This document shows positions 19,974-29,374 of a stretch of 53,270 nucleotides of DNA, one piece after another (position 1 is the first letter of the stretch; the number at the start of each line of letters is the position of its first letter). Under the pieces are notes generated by a model. That model did no database searches, was not told the origin of the DNA, and saw only the letters and a list, made by a program, of their open reading frames with translations. The position numbers were made by a program, and so were the translations under genes. Source of the stretch: Candidatus Levyibacteriota bacterium (GTDB lineage Bacteria; Patescibacteriota; Microgenomatia; Levybacterales; UBA12049); NCBI GenBank assembly GCA_027459745.1, contig DAIDHL010000008.1, forward strand, positions 1-53,270. Reading direction: 5' to 3'.

Positions 19974-20516
19974 ATGAAAATGAAATTTATTCTTGCACTC
20001 ATTAGCCTAACAATACTATTTCTTTTATCGCCTCAAACAACTCGAGCACAAATGATGAGAAATGTTACCCCTATGACGGCGCAAGTAAGTGTAACGCCTT
20101 CTGCTCAAGACCTTTCCGATATTCAGACTGGACAAGAACTCTATACAAAATTCCAAAACAAGGAGATTTCTTGCACAACTCTCCAAGATGCTGATTTTGA
20201 AAAAATTGGTGAATATTTGATGAATCAGAGCTTTGGTGGGAATGCTAATGTGCATATTCAAATGAACAACACAATGAAACAAATGATGGGAGAAAATGGT
20301 GAAGAACAAATGCACATTCGGCTTGCCAAAAACGCGACAGGATGCAACATAAATGGACAAGGAGGTGGGAATACTATGATGGGCTGGGGTGGATACGGAA
20401 ACATGATGAATGGAGCATGGGGAATTGGACTATTGGGTTTTATCTTTTGGATAGTACTATTTGTTGATCTTATTCTTTTAGGAATGTGGCTTTGGAAACA
20501 ATTACAAAAGAAATAA
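19974..20516 (+). CDS. Met-rich exported/membrane protein
   Basis: Signal peptide, HIQM...MMG, MMGWGG, C-terminal TM. Confidence 0.7.
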   Translation: MKMKFILALISLTILFLLSPQTTRAQMMRNVTPMTAQVSVTPSAQDLSDIQTGQELYTKFQNKEISCTTLQDADFEKIGEYLMNQSFGGNANVHIQMNNTMKQMMGENGEEQMHIRLAKNATGCNINGQGGGNTMMGWGGYGNMMNGAWGIGLLGFIFWIVLFVDLILLGMWLWKQLQKK

Positions 20517-20523
20517 AGACACT

Positions 20524-20910
20524 ATGGTAAAGTATGGAATACAAAAAAAGATTACGGGATCTTTTGCAAGTGTTATTGAACGTGTAAAACATGCACTCAA
20601 GCTTGAAGGATTTGGTGTTCTTACAGAAGTCAATGTTACAGAAACATTTAAGAACAAATTACAGATAGATTATCCCAATTATATAATCCTCGGAGTATGT
20701 CACCCTCAATCAGCATATAAAGCGTTGGAAATCGAAAAAGAATTGGGACTACTCCTTCCGTGTAATGTTATTGTCTATGAAGAAAATGAGACAATCATCG
20801 TTGCAGCAATTCGTCCAACAGTAGCAATGCAAATGGTTCAGAGTAAATTGATAGTTCCAATTGCCATAGCAGTTGAAGAAAAGCTCAAAAAAGTCATTGA
20901 TCAGATATAA
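20524..20910 (+). CDS. DUF302 domain protein
   Basis: GFGVLTE, YIILGVCHP, GLLLPCNVIVYE. Confidence 0.88.
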   Translation: MVKYGIQKKITGSFASVIERVKHALKLEGFGVLTEVNVTETFKNKLQIDYPNYIILGVCHPQSAYKALEIEKELGLLLPCNVIVYEENETIIVAAIRPTVAMQMVQSKLIVPIAIAVEEKLKKVIDQI

Positions 20911-20934
20911 AGTAAATAGTCCACATTTAGAATG

Positions 20935-20999
20935 ATGATATGTATCAACTTCCAATATTGACATATGTCATTAGTAAAGTTGTAAATTCTCTGCATAAT
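20935..20999 (+). promoter_or_regulatory. Tandem FNR-like boxes plus -10
   Basis: ATGATatgtATCAA (20935), TTGACatatGTCAT (20958), -10 CATAAT (20994). Confidence 0.72.
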
Positions 21000-21013
21000 G
21001 GATATTAAGAACT

Positions 21014-21682
21014 ATGAACGAACAAGGATACAATCTATGGCCATTAGTAATACTCAATTCAGCAGTTTTTATTATCTTTGCGTTTAGTTTTACTAAACCA
21101 AAAACTGCACGAGACTGGCGATCATTTGGCGCATTTTCTGCATTTATTGTTGCTCTCTTTACTGAAATGTATGGATTTCCATTGACAATCTACCTGCTAT
21201 CAGGGTGGCTCTCTAGTAAATTTCCAGGTCTTAATCTCTATACACATAATGCAGGACATCTTCCCGAGACACTTTTGGGATGGAGAGGTGACCCACATTT
21301 CAGTCCGTTACATATTGCAAGCTACATATTTTTAGCTTTCGGGTTTATCCTAATTTCTTCAGCTTGGGAGAAATTATATAACGCACAGAAAAAACATACA
21401 CTTGCAACATCTGGACTCTATGCAAAGATCAGACATCCACAATATGATGGATTTGTTTTGATGCTTTTAGGTTTTTTGCTCCAATGGCCTACCATTTTGA
21501 CACTCCTTATGTTTCCAATTCTTGTTACGATGTATACAAGGCTTGCGATTATAGAGGAAAAGGAAATGGTAAAAGAGTTTGGAGAAAAGTACTGTGCTTA
21601 TGCAAAAGTTACACCGCGTTTTATTCCAAAGCTATCATTTTTTCACAAAAGTCAAACTAGGGAGGTGCTAAAACATGCATAA
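21014..21682 (+). CDS. Isoprenylcysteine carboxylmethyltransferase family protein
   Basis: ALFTEMYGFPLTIY, GLYAKIRHPQY, EE...FG..Y..Y...PRF. Confidence 0.88.
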   Translation: MNEQGYNLWPLVILNSAVFIIFAFSFTKPKTARDWRSFGAFSAFIVALFTEMYGFPLTIYLLSGWLSSKFPGLNLYTHNAGHLPETLLGWRGDPHFSPLHIASYIFLAFGFILISSAWEKLYNAQKKHTLATSGLYAKIRHPQYDGFVLMLLGFLLQWPTILTLLMFPILVTMYTRLAIIEEKEMVKEFGEKYCAYAKVTPRFIPKLSFFHKSQTREVLKHA

Positions 21683-21857
21683 TAAATCAGGAATGAAACA
21701 ATATTTGACCTCATGGCATTTGTGGGTAATGGTCGCAATTATTGGTGGTGCACTTTTATTCCAAAATGTTATAGGTGGATCAACTATTCTCTTTTTAGCA
21801 CTATTGTTGGTTTGCCCAATTATGATGATGTTTATGATGGGTGGGCATAAACACTAG
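21675..21857 (+). CDS. DUF2933-like small membrane protein
   Basis: LLLVCPIMMMFMMGGHKH. Confidence 0.72.
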   Translation: MHNKSGMKQYLTSWHLWVMVAIIGGALLFQNVIGGSTILFLALLLVCPIMMMFMMGGHKH

Positions 21858-21891
21858 TAATTCACATATGAAAAAAGGAGGTGATTTACAT

Positions 21892-22158
21892 ATGATAAAA
21901 CCAACAGTATTAGCAAACGCAGTAACAACAGTATGGGTAGTAGCATATATATTGTGTGCTCTGTTTGTTGTTTTGTTTCCTGATCTCTCATTCTCTATTA
22001 CCCAAACATGGTTTCATTTTATAAATGTTGCCTCAGTACATGCAATTGCAACATCAATCAGTTTTGGCTCTGTCGTTATCGGAGTAATAACCTTGGGTGC
22101 GACCGTTTGGATTTTGACCTATTGTTCAGCAACGTTATATAACAAGTGGGTGAAATAA
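21892..22158 (+). CDS. DUF5676-like 2-TM protein
   Basis: RBS AAGGAGGTGA; YILC...P, WFH, LYN. Confidence 0.7.
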   Translation: MIKPTVLANAVTTVWVVAYILCALFVVLFPDLSFSITQTWFHFINVASVHAIATSISFGSVVIGVITLGATVWILTYCSATLYNKWVK

Positions 22159-22685
22159 TGGAACTTTATAATAGGAAAATTGAACTAAAAGGTCATGAAG
22201 ATGGATCATGTAAGCATGTGTCGATGAGGGGAAGCATAATTGTTTTTATTATGAAATTACTCACATTGCTTCTCCTTTTTGAACTCACTTATCTAGGGGT
22301 ATATTATATTTTTACACTAGGAATTCCTCTCCCCCTTGATTTGCATCATCATGCAATGCTTTCGTTATTTTTTTTAGCGATACTCAAAATACTGACACAA
22401 GCTTACATCATTTTACATGTTACTCTTGATTGGGCAAATAACGCGTACTATATAGAAGGCAAACATTTGATAAAAAATAGTGGGATAATCAATATTGAGG
22501 AAGAATCCTATGATCTGACGACTGTACGATCAGTAATTGTTAATCAATCTTGGCTAGGAAGAATTTTTCACTATGGTGATGTCACCTTAAAGACCAGTGC
22601 ATCAGGAGGTTATCAGGTGATTGTGACCATGGGTGGGATACAGAATCCTCAAGACCATGAAAGAATGATAAAACAATGTCTGTAA
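22158..22685 (+). CDS. Bacterial PH (YdbS-like) domain membrane protein
   Basis: 2 TMs, QSWLGRIFHYGDV...TS; TAATG coupling to the upstream gene. Confidence 0.78.
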   Translation: MELYNRKIELKGHEDGSCKHVSMRGSIIVFIMKLLTLLLLFELTYLGVYYIFTLGIPLPLDLHHHAMLSLFFLAILKILTQAYIILHVTLDWANNAYYIEGKHLIKNSGIINIEEESYDLTTVRSVIVNQSWLGRIFHYGDVTLKTSASGGYQVIVTMGGIQNPQDHERMIKQCL

Positions 22686-22688
22686 CCT

Positions 22689-23126
22689 ATGAATGAAAAT
22701 ATATATAAATCAATAACAAACGGCAGCGTAGCTGTCCTTATTCTTTTAGGAGTCTATATCGTTATCGTTTCTCTTGTCAGTGGATGGAATTTTATGCTGT
22801 TACAATTTTCTAAGTATTGGTACTACATTGGCTCATTGGCTGTGGGATTTGGCATCCAAATGGGATTATACACGTATCTTAAAAATGCTATGAGGAAGAA
22901 CGCTTCGCCTCATGTCTTGGCTGTTTCAGGGACAACGTCGACTGCTGCTATGATTTCATGCTGCGCTCATTATCTGGTTAATCTCCTGCCTATTTTGGGC
23001 ACGGTTGGTATTGTTACCGTTATATCTCAATACCAAATACAGTTTTTCTGGGTAGGAATACTATTTAATCTTGCCGGAATTTTATATATGATAAACAGAG
23101 TTTACAAATATACTCGCCAAATATGA
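22689..23126 (+). CDS. Membrane protein with SCCAH motif
   Basis: 4 TMs, GFGIQMGLY, AMISCCAHY. Confidence 0.75.
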   Translation: MNENIYKSITNGSVAVLILLGVYIVIVSLVSGWNFMLLQFSKYWYYIGSLAVGFGIQMGLYTYLKNAMRKNASPHVLAVSGTTSTAAMISCCAHYLVNLLPILGTVGIVTVISQYQIQFFWVGILFNLAGILYMINRVYKYTRQI

Positions 23127-23572
23127 AAACAAACAGACTCATTGTTCTTTGTATAGTTGTTGTCATAGCAGCTTTTCTTATCGTGGCAAAAGTTGGTAAT
23201 AATTCTCAAAACTCACAGAACAATAAACCATTACAAACAGCGGGAAACATGTTATCTCCACAAACAAACTCGGAAGGATCGGTCAGTATTACAGTAACTC
23301 CACAAATCTTAGGGAAAGGAAAATCAGCACAATTTGATGTCACATTTACGACACATATGGGCTCCCTTGATTTTGATCTCTTACAGATAACAAAGCTTGT
23401 GGATGATAAAGGTACTCTGTATAAACCTCTATCGTGGAGTGGAGGAAAAGGAGGACATCACCTGTCTGGAACATTATTATTCCCTTCTCTTTCGGAAAAA
23501 GCCAACAAAGTGACGCTTACTCTCTCCAGTATTGATAATATGGACAGAGTTTTCAACTGGGATTTGAAATAA
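23123..23572 (+). CDS. Membrane-anchored exported protein (TH...GGHH)
   Basis: TM, FTTHMGSL, GGHHLSG. Confidence 0.7.
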   Translation: MKTNRLIVLCIVVVIAAFLIVAKVGNNSQNSQNNKPLQTAGNMLSPQTNSEGSVSITVTPQILGKGKSAQFDVTFTTHMGSLDFDLLQITKLVDDKGTLYKPLSWSGGKGGHHLSGTLLFPSLSEKANKVTLTLSSIDNMDRVFNWDLK

Positions 23573-23578
23573 TCACAT

Positions 23579-24079
23579 ATGGAGATAAAAAGAAAATACA
23601 GCAAGCATTATGAAGAAAGTACTGTAATTAATGCTACTCCAGAGAATATATTTTCCTTTGCAAATGATCATAATAATTTTTCTTCCCATATGAATAAATC
23701 TTCGTGGATGATGGGTGGCGGAAAGATGGAGACTCAAGTTGACGATGGGAAAGGACAAAAGGTAGATTCACACATTCGAATGCATGGTAATGTATTTGGA
23801 CTAACCTTATTTCTTGATGAGATTGTTATCAAACATGAACCACCATACCGCAAAGAGTGGCAAACGATAGGGAAAATAAATCTCCTCGTTATTGATCATT
23901 ACAACCTCGGTTTTGAAATCGAACCAAAAGATAGTAATTCCCGACTGAGAGTATACATTGATTATAATCTTCCACAATCCGACGGAACTTATTTATTGGG
24001 TTATTTGTTGGGAGGAATGTACGCAAAATGGTGCGTTCATCAAATGATATATGGAGTAAAAGAGCATTTCAAGGTATAA
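23579..24079 (+). CDS. SRPBCC family protein
   Basis: INATPE.IF, HM..SSWMMGG. Confidence 0.7.
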   Translation: MEIKRKYSKHYEESTVINATPENIFSFANDHNNFSSHMNKSSWMMGGGKMETQVDDGKGQKVDSHIRMHGNVFGLTLFLDEIVIKHEPPYRKEWQTIGKINLLVIDHYNLGFEIEPKDSNSRLRVYIDYNLPQSDGTYLLGYLLGGMYAKWCVHQMIYGVKEHFKV

Positions 24080-24137
24080 ATCCAGCAAAGAAACTATCCT
24101 AAGAATAGCCGTAAATTACTAAATACTGACACTTCCT

Positions 24138-25034
24138 ATGAAAAAACCTGTTCTGTTTGCCACCATGCTGCTTCTCACCCTTATTTATGCATTCTGTTTT
24201 ACTGCAATTAAAGCTGGTCTTCCATTTCTCCCTCCATTACTGTTTGGTGGACTACGTGCGCTTCTTGGGGGCATAGTGCTTCTTCTGGTCGTAGGTTTTC
24301 TCAAGCAGTCGTTATTGCCGAAAAACCATGAGTGGAAATGGATCTTTTGGATTGGAGTAACCAGTACCATAACATACGTTGGCATGTTCTTAAGCCCGGG
24401 AAGAACGGGTGCTGGTATAGCCTCAATTCTTGGCAATTTATCACCGCTTTTTACCGTGCTCCTAGCGGCAATTGTATTACATGAAAAACTTTCTCATCGT
24501 TCTCTATTAGCACTTCTTTCAGGAATATTAGGCATACTCTTTATCTCTTACCCTGATTTATTTGGAGAAAATGTTTTTGGCATAACTGGGCTTTTTCTCG
24601 CACTTGCAGCATCAGGAGGAGCAGCAGCAAGTAATATTCTCGTGAAATATATGGGTAAGACGAATGCAATTATCCGAATCAGCGCATGGCAGCTTATTAT
24701 CGGCAGTTTTCCACTTCTGGCAATGTCTTTTTTTACCGAACAAGGAAAACCACTTGTCTGGAACAGCACAGCATTTGGTATTTTGCTGTTTTTGGGAGTA
24801 ATCGGGACAGCGTTTACTACGGCAGTTTGGTATCTTTTAATTCAATACTATAAAGTTGGCAAATTATCATTATTTCTTTTTCTTATTCCAGTTTTTGGTC
24901 TTGGCATAGCAGGAGTTGTATTCAGAGAGCCTTTGCACGGAAATGAATTGTTGGGAATCGGGGTAATCCTTTTTGCCACCCTACTTCTTGTGATTGATTC
25001 CTTAAAAATACGCCCTAGCCCTAGAGACAAATAA
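24138..25034 (+). CDS. DMT/EamA family transporter
   Basis: 10 TMs, duplicated EamA domains. Confidence 0.88.
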   Translation: MKKPVLFATMLLLTLIYAFCFTAIKAGLPFLPPLLFGGLRALLGGIVLLLVVGFLKQSLLPKNHEWKWIFWIGVTSTITYVGMFLSPGRTGAGIASILGNLSPLFTVLLAAIVLHEKLSHRSLLALLSGILGILFISYPDLFGENVFGITGLFLALAASGGAAASNILVKYMGKTNAIIRISAWQLIIGSFPLLAMSFFTEQGKPLVWNSTAFGILLFLGVIGTAFTTAVWYLLIQYYKVGKLSLFLFLIPVFGLGIAGVVFREPLHGNELLGIGVILFATLLLVIDSLKIRPSPRDK

Positions 25035-25048
25035 AAATTTCAATAGAG

Positions 25049-25113
25049 TTGATATACCTCAATAAAGGCGGATAACATACATCAACGTATTTTTCATCCA
25101 TACGGAGTACTAT
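25049..25113 (+). promoter_or_regulatory. Tandem FNR-like boxes plus -10
   Basis: TTGATatacCTCAA (25049), ATAACatacATCAA (25072), -10 TACTAT (25108). Confidence 0.65.
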
Positions 25114-25139
25114 CAGACTAGTTAGGAGGTGAGAGATAT

Positions 25140-25322
25140 ATGACAAATATTCTATTTGCGGTAGTAATTGCCCTTGCCTTTTATGGACTGTTGGTAAGTC
25201 TTGCTCATATGCCATTTTTCGCAACATTTTTGCTCATACCTTTACTGCTTTGTGGAGTAATGATGATGTTTATGATGGGGCATGGGGAAGATAAAAAAGA
25301 ACATACAGCCCATAAGCATTAA
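25140..25322 (+). CDS. DUF2933-like small membrane protein (second copy)
   Basis: RBS AGGAGGTG; LLLCGVMMMFMMGHG...HTAHKH. Confidence 0.7.
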   Translation: MTNILFAVVIALAFYGLLVSLAHMPFFATFLLIPLLLCGVMMMFMMGHGEDKKEHTAHKH

Positions 25323-25339
25323 TGTTACTTACAACTATT

Positions 25340-25353
25340 CCTACACTCTGTAG
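25340..25353. promoter_or_regulatory. BlaI-type operator upstream of a P-type ATPase
   Basis: CCTACA-CTC-TGTAG. Confidence 0.55.
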
Positions 25354-25385
25354 TAAAGAGTAATCGTATTGTGTTACAGTAAATT

Positions 25386-27614
25386 ATGGACGATAAATCT
25401 ATGACAATGAAAATGTATACCTGTTCCATGCACCCTGAAGTGCAACAAGAAAATCCTGGCTCATGTCCAAAATGTGGGATGAAGCTTGTTGAGACTGAAA
25501 TGAAAATGGATCACAATACAATGAAACATGGTGATCATGTCATGAAGCCAATGTCTCAAATGTCATTCTGGGATAAATTCAAATTGAGTATGACCATGAG
25601 CATGGGTATGGATCATACAGGCCTTGCTGGACGAGAAATGGCAAAACTGATGGAGACTGATATTAGAAACAAATTCTTTTTCTCACTCATTCTCACTATT
25701 CCAATCATTCTTTATTCTCCTCTTGGACAATTTATAGGAATCCATCTTCCCACTCCTCTTCCAGTTCAATTGATTCTTTTTCTCTTAACAACGCCTGTCT
25801 ATTTCTATGGTGGTTGGCTTTTTTTGTATTCTTCAATCCTAGAATTAAAACATCACAAATTGGGAATGTCTGTGCTTATCGCTGTCGGGATATCAACCGC
25901 ATATATTTTTAGTATTATTTTTAATTTCTTGGGAGGTTCTGATTCATTTTATGATGCTGCTGCAATGCTTATTACCTTTGTCTTGTTTGGACACTGGATG
26001 GAAATGAAATCTCGGCGTGGGACGACCGATGCGCTGCAAGCATTGTTTAATCTTGTTCCTCCACAAGCTAGACTCCTTAAAGACGGAAATGAAATACTTG
26101 TCTCGACAAGTGAAGTAACCATTGGGAATATTCTTATCCTTAAGCCGGGGGATAAAGTCCCGGTTGATGGAGAAATTGTCGAAGGCATAACAACCATTGA
26201 TGAATCACTCGTCACGGGCGAGTCTCTTCCTGTACAAAAGACAATTGGTGACAGCGTTATTGGAGGATCAATTAATCAGTCTGGATCAGTACGATTCAAA
26301 GCAATAAAAGTAGGAAGTGATACAGCCCTGGCACAAATTGTCAAAATGGTTGAGACAGCACAAAATTCAAAAGCTCCCGGACAGCGGCTTGCTGACCGCT
26401 TCGCAACCTATCTTGTCATTATTGCCGTTGGAAGTGGTCTCCTCACTTTTGGTGTATGGTTTCTTATACTTGGGCAACCATTGCTTATGGCATTAACGTT
26501 TGCGATATCCGCTGTTGTTATTGCCTGTCCTGATGCGTTAGGACTCGCAACACCTACCGCAGTTGCTGTTGGCACAGGACTTGGAGCAAAACACAATATT
26601 TTGATTAAAGATGCTGCAACTCTTGAACAAGTATCAAAAGTACAAGCAGTTGTTATGGATAAGACAGGGACGCTTACGGAAGGAAAACCGAAGATTACTG
26701 AAATAAAAACAATTACAGGCATATCGGAAAACGAGGCACTTCAGTTTATTGGCGCAGCAGAATCAAAATCATCACATCCCTTAAGTACCGCAGTACTCAC
26801 TGCACTTAAAGAGAAAAATTTATCAGTCCCAACACAGATTGAGAAATTTGAAAATTTAGCTGGACTGGGCGTAAAAGCAATAATAACTGGAAAAGTAGTA
26901 CTTGTTGGAACTGTTAAACTATTAGAAAAAGAACATATTGATGTTACACCACTTAGTGATCAGATAAATCTGTTTCTTATGAAAGGTGAAACCGTCATGG
27001 TACTTGCTGTGGATGGGAAAATTGCAGCAGTAGTTGGTGCAGCAGATCCAATAAAACCAACTGCTAAACAAGCAATTAATCGGATGAATGAGCTTGGTAT
27101 TGAGACTGCCATGATAACTGGTGATAATGAGAAAACAGCACAGGCAGTTGCTAAACAATTGGGTATTAAACGAGTTTTTGCAGACGTATTACCTGCTGAC
27201 AAGGCAAATTATGTTAAACAATTGCAGGATGAAGGAAGGTTTGTGGCAATGGTTGGCGATGGTGTGAATGATGCACCAGCCTTAGCACAAGCAAATATTG
27301 GTATAGCCATCGGAGCAGGAACTGATGTTGCCATAGAAACTGCAAAAGTGGTGTTAATGAAATCTGATCCAGCTGATATTTTGCGAGCGATAAAACTTTC
27401 TAAAGCTACTGTTCGAAAAATGAAGCAGAATCTTTTCTGGGCATCAATTTATAATGTGCTCGCTATTCCAATTGCAGCTGGCATTCTCTATCCTTCTTTC
27501 CATATCCTTCTTCAGCCAGAAATAGCAGCACTAATGATGAGTATTTCATCAATTATTGTTGCGACAAATGCGGTACTGTTAAATAGGGCGGAGAAGAGTT
27601 TAATCACCATATGA
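25386..27614 (+). CDS. Copper-translocating P1B-type ATPase (CPD variant)
   Basis: YTCSMHP...CPKCGM domain, TGES, IACPDALGLATP, DKTGT, HP, GDGVNDAP, YN, MSISS. Confidence 0.92.
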   Translation: MDDKSMTMKMYTCSMHPEVQQENPGSCPKCGMKLVETEMKMDHNTMKHGDHVMKPMSQMSFWDKFKLSMTMSMGMDHTGLAGREMAKLMETDIRNKFFFSLILTIPIILYSPLGQFIGIHLPTPLPVQLILFLLTTPVYFYGGWLFLYSSILELKHHKLGMSVLIAVGISTAYIFSIIFNFLGGSDSFYDAAAMLITFVLFGHWMEMKSRRGTTDALQALFNLVPPQARLLKDGNEILVSTSEVTIGNILILKPGDKVPVDGEIVEGITTIDESLVTGESLPVQKTIGDSVIGGSINQSGSVRFKAIKVGSDTALAQIVKMVETAQNSKAPGQRLADRFATYLVIIAVGSGLLTFGVWFLILGQPLLMALTFAISAVVIACPDALGLATPTAVAVGTGLGAKHNILIKDAATLEQVSKVQAVVMDKTGTLTEGKPKITEIKTITGISENEALQFIGAAESKSSHPLSTAVLTALKEKNLSVPTQIEKFENLAGLGVKAIITGKVVLVGTVKLLEKEHIDVTPLSDQINLFLMKGETVMVLAVDGKIAAVVGAADPIKPTAKQAINRMNELGIETAMITGDNEKTAQAVAKQLGIKRVFADVLPADKANYVKQLQDEGRFVAMVGDGVNDAPALAQANIGIAIGAGTDVAIETAKVVLMKSDPADILRAIKLSKATVRKMKQNLFWASIYNVLAIPIAAGILYPSFHILLQPEIAALMMSISSIIVATNAVLLNRAEKSLITI

Positions 27615-27775
27615 TTATACATAAATAGAGTAATTTTTTTAGGCTACAGTAGTAATAAATCAAGGACGTATTTATGTATACCTTCCTCTGGAGAGTATTA
27701 ATGGCAGGCCTGTTTTGAGAATCCTGAAACCTACAAAATAGCCGTTTATACCATTTTGAACTCGTCTTTTACTTA

Positions 27776-27823
27776 TTGACAAAATAATTTCATCTGCGTA
27801 CTATCTGAATAGATGCTCAAATA
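27776..27823 (+). promoter_or_regulatory. Promoter plus SmtB/ArsR-type operator
   Basis: TTGACA-N17-TACTAT; imperfect IR TATCTGAATA-GA-TGCTCAAATA overlapping the -10. Confidence 0.68.
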
Positions 27824-27828
27824 GATAA

Positions 27829-28200
27829 ATGCATAAAGATGTATTAGAACCAATCAACAAAGCTGCTGTTCAAAATGTACAGTTGCCACAAAAGGCAGTA
27901 TTTGATCATGTTGTGGAATGTTTTAAAGCATTGGGAGAAGGTACACGGGCAAAAATCCTGTATGCTCTGCAAGAGGAACCATTGTGCGTACGAGATTTAG
28001 CAATTGTTGTAGGTATTTCAGAATCAGGTATTTCCCATCAGTTGAGTGAATTAAAAGACAAACACTTAGTAAAAGTAGAAAGACAAGGAAACGTTATGTA
28101 TTACGCAATTGCTTATGAGCATCTATACAACCTTCTGAAAGAAGCAGAGTACTATGCGGATCATATAATCAGTGGTCATCCAGACCATCCAAAGAAATAA
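27829..28200 (+). CDS. ArsR/SmtB family metalloregulator
   Basis: FKALG..TRAKIL, LCVRDLA, SGISHQL, C-terminal His residues. Confidence 0.9.
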   Translation: MHKDVLEPINKAAVQNVQLPQKAVFDHVVECFKALGEGTRAKILYALQEEPLCVRDLAIVVGISESGISHQLSELKDKHLVKVERQGNVMYYAIAYEHLYNLLKEAEYYADHIISGHPDHPKK

Positions 28201-28202
28201 AT

Positions 28203-29123
28203 ATGAATAAAGCTATACCTAATGAACAAGAACATGGACATTCCCATGGGACAATAGATGCAACACTTTTTACTTCTCAAAAAGGTCTTCGCGCTGTAAT
28301 GTCTTCTTCAGTTATCCTTTTTGTTGGATCACTCTTTCAACTCGTTGTCGTATTGCTATCGGGGAGTGTGTCACTTCTCTCTGATACAATCCATAATTTT
28401 GGTGATGGTGCAACAGCAATACCGCTAAGTATTGCATTTCTTTTAGGACGTAAAAAACCAACAGTCCGTTTTAATTATGGCTATGGTAAAGCAGAAGATC
28501 TTGCTGGAGTTACCATTCTTATCTTCATGTTAGCAAGTGCTGCTTATGTAGCATATGTATCAATTGATCGTTTATTTCATCCATACACTCCAACCCATCT
28601 TTGGGTAGTAGCAATTGCATCTCTTGTTGGGTTTGGAATTAACGAAGGAGCTGCATGGTTTCGTATCAGGGTAGGAAAAGAAATTAAAAGCGAAGCGTTA
28701 ATTGCTGACGGGAAACATGCTCGTATAGATGGCATTACGAGTCTTTCTGTACTTATTGGTGCTTTAGGAACATATTTAGGGTATCCGATCGTTGATCCAA
28801 TTGTTGGACTCTGCATCACTGCTCTTATTCTTCATACAGTTTGGGAATCCGCAGGTCCTGTATTTACCAGATTATTAGATGGTGTAGATCCAGAAATAGC
28901 GCATCAAGTCAAACACGCAGTTGAAGAAGTAAAAGAGGTTAAAGAAATCGAATCTATTCATATACGTTGGTTAGGACATACGCTCTCAATAGAAGTAACG
29001 ATTTGTGTGGATGCAACATTAACTGTTGCACAGGGACATGCAATTGCTGAAGAGGTACATGGTGAATTACATGAACACTTCCCTCATTTAACCCATTTAT
29101 CTGTACATGTTGATCCGCACTAA
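28203..29123 (+). CDS. Cation diffusion facilitator (CDF) transporter
   Basis: HGHSHG, SDTIHNFGD, ADGKHARID, VHVDP. Confidence 0.92.
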   Translation: MNKAIPNEQEHGHSHGTIDATLFTSQKGLRAVMSSSVILFVGSLFQLVVVLLSGSVSLLSDTIHNFGDGATAIPLSIAFLLGRKKPTVRFNYGYGKAEDLAGVTILIFMLASAAYVAYVSIDRLFHPYTPTHLWVVAIASLVGFGINEGAAWFRIRVGKEIKSEALIADGKHARIDGITSLSVLIGALGTYLGYPIVDPIVGLCITALILHTVWESAGPVFTRLLDGVDPEIAHQVKHAVEEVKEVKEIESIHIRWLGHTLSIEVTICVDATLTVAQGHAIAEEVHGELHEHFPHLTHLSVHVDPH

Positions 29124-29148
29124 ATATACGAGTTCTGTTTGAAGAGAT

Positions 29149-29367
29149 TTAGTTATTTACTGGCACTGCATCATACCCTGCCTTTTTAATTGTTGCAATA
29201 ATTTCTTCTTCTGATATCTTTTGTGGATCAAATTCTACTTCTGTCTCTTGCTTTGCATAACTTGTTTTAGCTTCTTTTACTTTTTCTGTATCTTCCAATT
29301 CTCCATCTATATTCATGGCGCAACTTGTACAATGCATCCCTGTTATTTTAAATTTTTTCTTATTCAT
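29149..29367 (-). CDS. copZ: HMA-domain copper chaperone (CopZ-like)
   Basis: GMHCTSC, 72 aa, AGY. Confidence 0.85.
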   Translation of the reverse strand: MNKKKFKITGMHCTSCAMNIDGELEDTEKVKEAKTSYAKQETEVEFDPQKISEEEIIATIKKAGYDAVPVNN

Positions 29368-29374
29368 ATTAACA

